Source of the DNA: Rhynchopus sp. YZ270_cl-10
Taxonomy: Eukaryota
Assembly (NCBI GenBank): GCA_964035575.1
Contig: OZ037844.1
Span: 1,550,001 to 1,614,000, forward strand
DNA length: 64,000 nucleotides
Reading direction: 5' to 3'
Every line of letters starts with the position of its first letter. Position 1 is the stretch's first letter. Made by a program: the position numbers and the translations under genes. The notes beneath the pieces are model-generated. The model had not been told where the DNA came from, did not search any database, and was given only the letters and a program-made list of their open reading frames with translations. Positions 57,627 through 64,000 of the stretch are shown piece after piece.

Positions 57627-60272
57627 ATGAAGCGCAGTGCAGGGGAGGAGAGGAAGGATCCCGATGTCTTCATCGGAGTAGTGACGGGCGAGAAGGTGCG
57701 GGACACGACGGGGCTGTGTGCGCTGGCGCGTGATGCGACGGAGGAGGAACCAGGAACGCACTGGGAAGTAACCCGCCGCCTGGCAAACATCACCAAGGCA
57801 GAAGCCGCGTACGAGGGCATCCTGCTCGGGCTTCAAGGGGTGGCCGACGGGTCGTACCCGAAGGGCACCCACGCGCGCGTGTGGGTCACGCACTTGGTGG
57901 TCTGGAGGCAGGTGGCTGAGGGGCACGCCTGCGACTCGTCGTTGCTGAAGCAGAGGCTGGAGAAGGTGAAGGCGCTGCTGGGCGAGTTGAAGAAGAGGGG
58001 GATAAGGGTATCGCTGCAGCACTGCGCGAAGGCGGGGAAGGGGATGAAGGAGGCAGAGAGCAACGCCCAGCTGGTTGCAGGAGGGGTGTACGCCGCAAGG
58101 GGATGCAGGACGGAGACGCTGGCAGCTGCCGTGCAGCCAGGTGTCAAGGGACACCTGGAAAGATGGGGGTTGCGATGGGAGGAATGTGGGGGCAAGGGGG
58201 ACTGTCTGTTCCGGTCGGTGGCGTGGTCTGTGGAGCGGTCCCCGAATGGTCACGCAGGCTTCCGCAGGCTCGCAGTTGAGGTGATGAAGGAGCAGAAGGC
58301 ACACTACAGCCCATTTGTGGACGAGGGGTGCATTGATGCATACCTGGCAGGCATGGCGCAGCTGGGGACATGGGGGGACCATTTGTGTCTCCATGCGATC
58401 GCCAAGGTGATGAAGGTCCGCATTGTTGTGCTTGACGTTGGACCGGAGAACGCGCTACGGGCTACGCTGATCGACGGGCAGTCCGACGGGCAGCTGGCAG
58501 AAGGAACTCCGGAGAAGGCTAACCTCACCTTCACGGAGTCTGACGTAGTCCTGGGGTTCGAGGGGGTACACTACGGTGCTGTGGAATCGGCAGGGTTGAA
58601 GGTGGGGGAGGAACTTCTGTGCGCAGTGGGACAACCGCAACTGCACGTACCGGCTACAGCTGTGAAGGGGAAGAAGAAGGCGACGGCGGTGACCCAGAGC
58701 GCAGCGGAGGATGCACTGAACCTGGCGCCCCAGGGATGGAAAATACCGGTGTGGGATGCAGTGCCCAGCAATGTGGAAGGGGTGACGCAGGTGGCGGCAG
58801 TTGCGTGGAAGGCGAGCGAACTTCTGCAGGGGTTACAGTTGCTGCACCAACTTCCGCAGATGGTGATTGTGTCCCGTTCGAAGTGTACGGGTGCAGCGCG
58901 CACGAAGAAGGCGAAGGTGGCGGTGAAGACGGAGCGGGGAGCAAAGGTGGAAGAAGTGTGGCTGTCGTCCATGACAACTAACTTGGACGACGTGGTGAAG
59001 CCGGTGGAGAGCACGTTCTCGAGCAAGCTGATTACGCTGATGGGCAGAACGATGTTGCTCCAGGGGGAGGGGCGCACAAAGGGAGAGCAACGCATGCGTC
59101 GGTGGTACGGGTTGCAGGGGGTGCGGTGTGGACGCGGCTTGGAGAGAGGAGGATGGATGGAGATGTCTGTGGACGTGACGGAGGACATGGTGTGCGCCAT
59201 GCTGAGGAGAAGCGGACGGGAAGGGGTATTTGTGCGGCACCTCTTCCAGGCAAAGGAGTACGGGGACTGTGGGTTGTTGTGGAAGGCGGAACCGCTGGAG
59301 TCTGCTCTGGCACGGCTGGACCTTGTTGAGGAGAACATGGAGGATAGCGTGCGCGGACTCGCCGTAGGGGAAGGGGGCTACGCGGTGCGGGTGATGAAGG
59401 GGGACTTGGAGGCTGCGAAGAGGCTTCTTGTGCAGGAGGACGTCGTCGTGCAGGGACACAGGTACGAGATTGGGGGAATTCCGGCGAACACGTCGGTCCA
59501 GCTGTTGTGTGAGGGGCTGGTGAGGGAGGCGAGCTGGACGGTGAAGGTGCTGTCGCGAGGGCACAAGTGGACGGTTACGTCGGATGTGCCGTGCCCGAGC
59601 ACAGAAGGGGTGCTGGAGGTGGGTGGATTGGTGTTGACGGTGTGTGCGGTGAAGGAAGGGCGTCGTGTGCAGAAGGTGGGTGCGAATCCGTGGGGTTTCC
59701 CTCTGGCGCAGTTCCCAGTACCGAGGCAAGGAGCAGCAGAGAGCGGCGCTGGCACGTGGGCGGCTAAGGCGAGGGGATACGCACCACCTGCAGCTCGACC
59801 CCACCCTGCAACAGGGGCACCGGCGGCTCCGGCACCTCCCGCAGCTTCATCAGCAGCGCAGGACGAGATAGAGATGATGAAGAAGGAGATGAAGGAATTG
59901 CGGGAGATGATGAAGGGCGTCATGGAGCAGCAGAAGGAGATGTTGGAGGCACAGAAGCGGATGATGGGACAGCCGCAGCAGTCGGCACCAGTCGCGCAAC
60001 CGCCGCAGCCTCTCGACATGGAACAGCTCAGAGCAGAATGTGCTGAGATGAAGGAGACGGTGCAGCAGTGCAAGGACCAGAACGTGCAGCTGGCAGCGGA
60101 GAGCAAGCGGCTCACGGAGGAGAACGAGGCGCTGAAGAAGGCAGCTCGCGAGGCCAAGGACAAGGCCAGGGATGCTCAAGATCGTGGCGGTGAGGAGAAG
60201 AAGAAAGATACGACGACGGACGAGAACAGCCGCCCCCGCGACACGGACAATAACCGAGAAAGGTCGTATTAA
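57627..60272 (+). CDS. Retrotransposon ORF1: degenerate RNase H-like domain + OTU cysteine protease + possible RRM-like region + coiled coil (881 aa)
   Basis: TKAEAAYEGILLGL / VWVTHLVVWRQV / VSLQH..AESNA follow the RNase HI pattern; GDCLFRSVA...WG...HY are OTU motifs; E/K/M/Q-rich coiled coil near the C-terminus. ATG 57408 lies inside the ribozyme, so 57627 is preferred. Confidence 0.85.
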   Translation: MKRSAGEERKDPDVFIGVVTGEKVRDTTGLCALARDATEEEPGTHWEVTRRLANITKAEAAYEGILLGLQGVADGSYPKGTHARVWVTHLVVWRQVAEGHACDSSLLKQRLEKVKALLGELKKRGIRVSLQHCAKAGKGMKEAESNAQLVAGGVYAARGCRTETLAAAVQPGVKGHLERWGLRWEECGGKGDCLFRSVAWSVERSPNGHAGFRRLAVEVMKEQKAHYSPFVDEGCIDAYLAGMAQLGTWGDHLCLHAIAKVMKVRIVVLDVGPENALRATLIDGQSDGQLAEGTPEKANLTFTESDVVLGFEGVHYGAVESAGLKVGEELLCAVGQPQLHVPATAVKGKKKATAVTQSAAEDALNLAPQGWKIPVWDAVPSNVEGVTQVAAVAWKASELLQGLQLLHQLPQMVIVSRSKCTGAARTKKAKVAVKTERGAKVEEVWLSSMTTNLDDVVKPVESTFSSKLITLMGRTMLLQGEGRTKGEQRMRRWYGLQGVRCGRGLERGGWMEMSVDVTEDMVCAMLRRSGREGVFVRHLFQAKEYGDCGLLWKAEPLESALARLDLVEENMEDSVRGLAVGEGGYAVRVMKGDLEAAKRLLVQEDVVVQGHRYEIGGIPANTSVQLLCEGLVREASWTVKVLSRGHKWTVTSDVPCPSTEGVLEVGGLVLTVCAVKEGRRVQKVGANPWGFPLAQFPVPRQGAAESGAGTWAAKARGYAPPAARPHPATGAPAAPAPPAASSAAQDEIEMMKKEMKELREMMKGVMEQQKEMLEAQKRMMGQPQQSAPVAQPPQPLDMEQLRAECAEMKETVQQCKDQNVQLAAESKRLTEENEALKKAAREAKDKARDAQDRGGEEKKKDTTTDENSRPRDTDNNRERSY

Positions 60273-63200
60273 TCACGACCGTGGGCCTTGCCCCACTAAA
60301 GATAGTGTGCAGCAATGTGACGGCGCTGCAGACAGGCGGGAGCTCTCTGCTGAAGGTTGCGGAGGATGCTCACGTTGTTCTGGTGCAAGAGACAAAGTGC
60401 ACCGTGACGACGCAGAAGCGCCTCTCCATCGAGTACCGCGAGCAGGGTTGGCAGGTGGTGTGGGGTAAGGAGTTGCCGGAATGGAGGTCGGCCGAAGAAG
60501 CGAAATCTGGTGGTGTTGCGATTCTGGTGCAAGAGGGAATACCTGTGCTCACGAGCCCGCCCTCCTCAACCTTGGAAAAGAACCTCTGGGACTCAACGCG
60601 ATGGGTGAAGGCGAAGGTGGCGTACGGCAAAGGCAACGAGTGGATCGACGTGACCTCCGTCTACGCGCCGTCGGCGGACCCGGAGGCTAGGGAGAAAATA
60701 CTTGGCGAGGTGATGGAGGCTGCTGCAGAGCTTGGTGATATTCCTGGGGTGATTGGTGGGGATTTCAACGCAGGTCCAGGGAAATCAGGTGTGCTGGCTG
60801 CTACACTGGACACAGGATGGTGGAAGGACACTGCCGAAGAGCACGCAAGGGTGCTTGGGACGACCCCGGACAACACCTACTTCTCGGTGAAAGACGGCAA
60901 GGAGATCCGCAAGAGGCTCGATTACGTTCTGCTGAACCGAGCTGCGTGCACAGGGCTGTCGTCTGTGAAGGTTGTCCACGACTCTGGGCTCCCGCAGCAC
61001 AGACCGGTAGAGATAGCGCTGGATGTAGGTGCGTACAGGCAGATCGTGCTCGCGTACACTCTGCCGAAGCAGTTCCCTTTGGACAAGTGTGGACAAGGCG
61101 TGAAGAATGCACAAAAGGCGTTTGCGAGCAAGGAGCTGCAGTGGGGGGCGCTTCAACACCCTCAGGATAGGTGGATACAGTGGAACAAGTGGGCAGAGGA
61201 CTTCTTGCTGCAGGCGTGCGAAGGCGAGATTGAGGGCCCGACGAAGGCGTATTGCGGAAGAGGCAAAACGTTTGACCCGAAGCCGAAGCACCGGACTGCG
61301 AAGCAGAGCAAGGAAGGGGACGCTCTGACAGTGAGCCAGAGAAGGCTGACGAAGAACGTGGGCAGGCTGGAAGAATGTCGGCTGTGGTACGTGAGGAGCA
61401 ACGGTGGTGTGCCGCCACATGACGTGTGCAATTGTTGGAGCAAGGCGCGGAAGGAACTGCGTGTTCTGCTGGACGACGACTCACTGCAACAGGATATGCC
61501 TAGCGAGGAGGCTTTGGTGGATCTGTGCAGAGCCGTGCGAGTGAAGGTGTCAACGCTTGCGGACCGAGTGAAGCGGAAGCGACTGGAGGACTGGCGGCAG
61601 CGCCTACGGGATGCATGGCACAATGCTCCCAAGGCGATCTTCAAATACTGCAAGGACGAACAGTACAGGAAGATGACTGCCCTGAAGAACGAGGATGGGA
61701 AGTTCACCGCCAACGCTGAGGAGATGGACACCCTCCTGCATGAGGCGTGGATGCCGATTCTTCGCCGATATGCGGAAAAGCCAGAACCCGACTGGGGTGC
61801 GTTCAGGGAGAAGTTTACAGAAGACATCGCAGGCAAGGGGCAAGCGATGCAGATGGACAGGCTGACGGGGAAGGAGTTGCAGCAAACTCTGGGGAGGATG
61901 AAGACGCAAACTTCTGCTGGGGTGGAGGGTTGGCGCATGGCAGAGCTGAAGGCGCTTCCTCTGGTGCTGCTCGACAGGTTGGCAGATGTGTTTGATGCGA
62001 TTGAGTGTACGGGGGAGTGGCCGCCTTCTTTGATGAGAGCACTCATTGCGCTCATCCCCAAAGGGGAAGACGACACCCCGCTGAAGCAGCGACCTATCAC
62101 GATCACTTCGTGTATCTACAGACTGTGGGCGGCAGCGAGGTTGCGAAGACTGATAAAGTGGCAGGAAAGCTGGATTGGTGAGCAACAGCACGGCTTCAGA
62201 GCAGGACACAGCACTGCACACCTGTACTGGCACTTGTCGCTCAAGCTGGAGAAGGCGGTGCTGTCGGGTGACGACACAGACCAGGTATGGGGCTTCACGA
62301 TTGACTACGCCAAATGTTTCGATCGTGTGCCTCATGAGATTGTGCTATCGCTGGCGGAGGAGTGGGGCGCGCACTGGCGTATTCTTGGACCACTGAGGGC
62401 GGCGTACACTGCCATGGAACGCCGTTTCAAGTTGGGAGACGTAGGTGTGGGAGGCGCTTTCCGTACGACAAATGGTATCCTGCAAGGTTGCCCACTTTCT
62501 GTCGTGCTGTTGAACGCGCTGATGGCAGTGTGGGGATCTGCAGTGACGAGAAGGACGGGAGCAATCGCCATGGGGTACGCTGACGACGTGTATGCTGTGG
62601 CGAACACGGAAGCGGAGGTGCATGGTGCTGCGAGGGTGACGAAGGAGTTTATCACTGCTGCGGACATGGAGGTCAAGGCAGAGAAGTGCGTAGGGTTTAC
62701 CTCGAAGGAGGGAACAAAGACGAAGTTTGGACTTGGCGACGGGTTCTTCCCCGACAAGAAGCAGTTCGGGGCGGTTGGAGCAGACATTTTGGCTGGAAAG
62801 GGGAACTTCGGGCCCATCGCGCGTGAGCGTGCGGTTACTGCGCACCGTGTGTTTACGAGGGTTTCGAGTGTGCCATTATCCTTCACTGAGAAGGCACTTA
62901 TTGGCGCAAGGGGACCAATGATGGCAGCGTTGCATGGGTGTGAAGTGACAGATTTCTCGAAGCAGACCATCGAGACGTTGAGGCAAGGGGCTGCACTAGC
63001 AGTCTGGGGGCAGGGCAGGAAGCAGCGCACGCTGAACATTGTGTGGCATGTGTTGTCTCCGGTCGGGATTGATGCGCCAGCGGAGATTGTACAGAGGAGG
63101 ATGGCGGCCTTTCTCCGACTGACAGAAGATGACGGCATGCGAAGAGAAGCAGAAGAAGTGTGGAGGCTGGCACATGACCGAAGAGCGGAGCGGGAGGTGA

Positions 63201-64000
63201 GGCGGCGTGACAGGGCTTCAGATCTGGCACGTCTCCGGCGTGAGAACCCTGGGGTTGCCAACCCAAGGGTAACTGAAATGCACAAGAAGGGTGTGATAGA
63301 GTTGTTGTGGGACGACCTGGAGCGATACGGATGGCGGTGGAGCAGCTTCGACTTCTGGACCACACACATCGGGTTGAGGGTGCACGTTCGTCTGTGGGAC
63401 AAGGGCAAATGGCTGCATGAGCTGAGAGAGGGCATCCGTGCACACGCGTACCGCCTGACAGTGACGACGAGGCCGTCGATGCAGGGCATTGAGGGAGGTG
63501 TGGATCGCCAGGCGACGAACGCAGTGTGGAAGGACCGCACGACCGACAGATACCTGGCGGGCGCGATACGCGGAGCCTTGTCGGGCTCTCAGTTGGTGGG
63601 GGTGCAGCTGCTGAGGAACAAGGAGGTGGAGACTTCGTTGTGCCGATACTGTGGTGAGGCGATAGAGGACCGGAGACACGCTTGGTGGTGGTGCCCGCAG
63701 TGGGACGAAATTCGTGGAGAGGACATCGGAAAACTCCGGGTTTTGCTCAAAGACGCACCCCCGTGCTTCTTGGACTTTGGCCTGGTGCCGACGATATTCT
63801 TGCAGGAGCTGAGTGTTGCGGAGAGAGAGCAGACGGTGCGTCGTGTGCAACTGATGCTGGTCAGCATCGCGCTGGCAAGGCAGAAGTACGACGTGGAACA
63901 TGGGTTTTCGCAGAAGAAGAAGAAGCAAGCGGTGGTGGGCCAATCCCTTTTTCCTTGGGGCTGGAATCCTCAGGAGGGTGCAGTGCTTGAGAGCTACAAC
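60254..64000 (+). CDS. Retrotransposon ORF2: AP-endonuclease, reverse transcriptase, CX2CX8HX4C; open to window end; no AUG before the endonuclease
   Basis: My translation: SNV, QETK, GGVAIL, VYAP, GGDFN, RLDY, PQHRPV; LIPK, RPIT, QHGFR, DYAKCFDRV, QGCPLS, YADD (62576-62587); CRYC..H..C (63641-63694). Absent from the ORF track, consistent with no stop in the window. Confidence 0.93.

Larger units (their letters stand above)
57368..64000 (+). mobile_element. Non-LTR (APE-type) retrotransposon, 5'-intact, 3' end outside window
   Basis: 5' ribozyme, ORF1, ORF2 with APE, RT and CCHC motifs; abrupt shift to G-rich composition. Confidence 0.95.

Noticed and set aside
56838..58590. Functional link between the host Ubl domain and the element's OTU domain
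   Set aside because: Adjacency is explained by insertion; a stop at 57404 and the ribozyme separate them
61162..63943. Minus-strand ORFs of 240-400 aa within the retrotransposon
   Set aside because: Antisense shadows of ORF2 with no recognisable motifs

Overview
Eukaryotic nuclear DNA, most likely a euglenozoan (diplonemid-like). This is inferred from co-oriented genes, T-rich + strand intergenic DNA, a GT-AG intron, bodonin-like and Ubl/BspA-LRR genes, and an 18S fragment reading AAATTGCCCAAT. All real genes are on the + strand. They are: (i) two tandem PD-(D/E)xK nuclease-fold paralogues, one with an NLS-like and one with a mitochondrial-presequence-like N-terminus; (ii) four intronless mosaic surface-protein paralogues (signal peptide, globular head, Pro/Thr mucin stalk, near-identical multipass TM domain); (iii) a Ubl + BspA-LRR gene broken by a 5'-intact non-LTR retrotransposon running off the window end. 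That element starts exactly at the predicted cleavage site of an HDV-like ribozyme (57368-57497). Its ORF1 carries a degenerate RNase H-like domain and an OTU protease domain, and its APE-RT-CCHC ORF2 has no AUG start. Intergenic DNA is dense with MITEs, foldback and Crypton-like relics and palindrome-core microsatellites. It also holds 20 or more copies of a 35-nt GNRA-capped hairpin that shows covariation and was seen only on the transcribed strand, plus two further sense-strand hairpin families. All calls were made by eye, without database searches.
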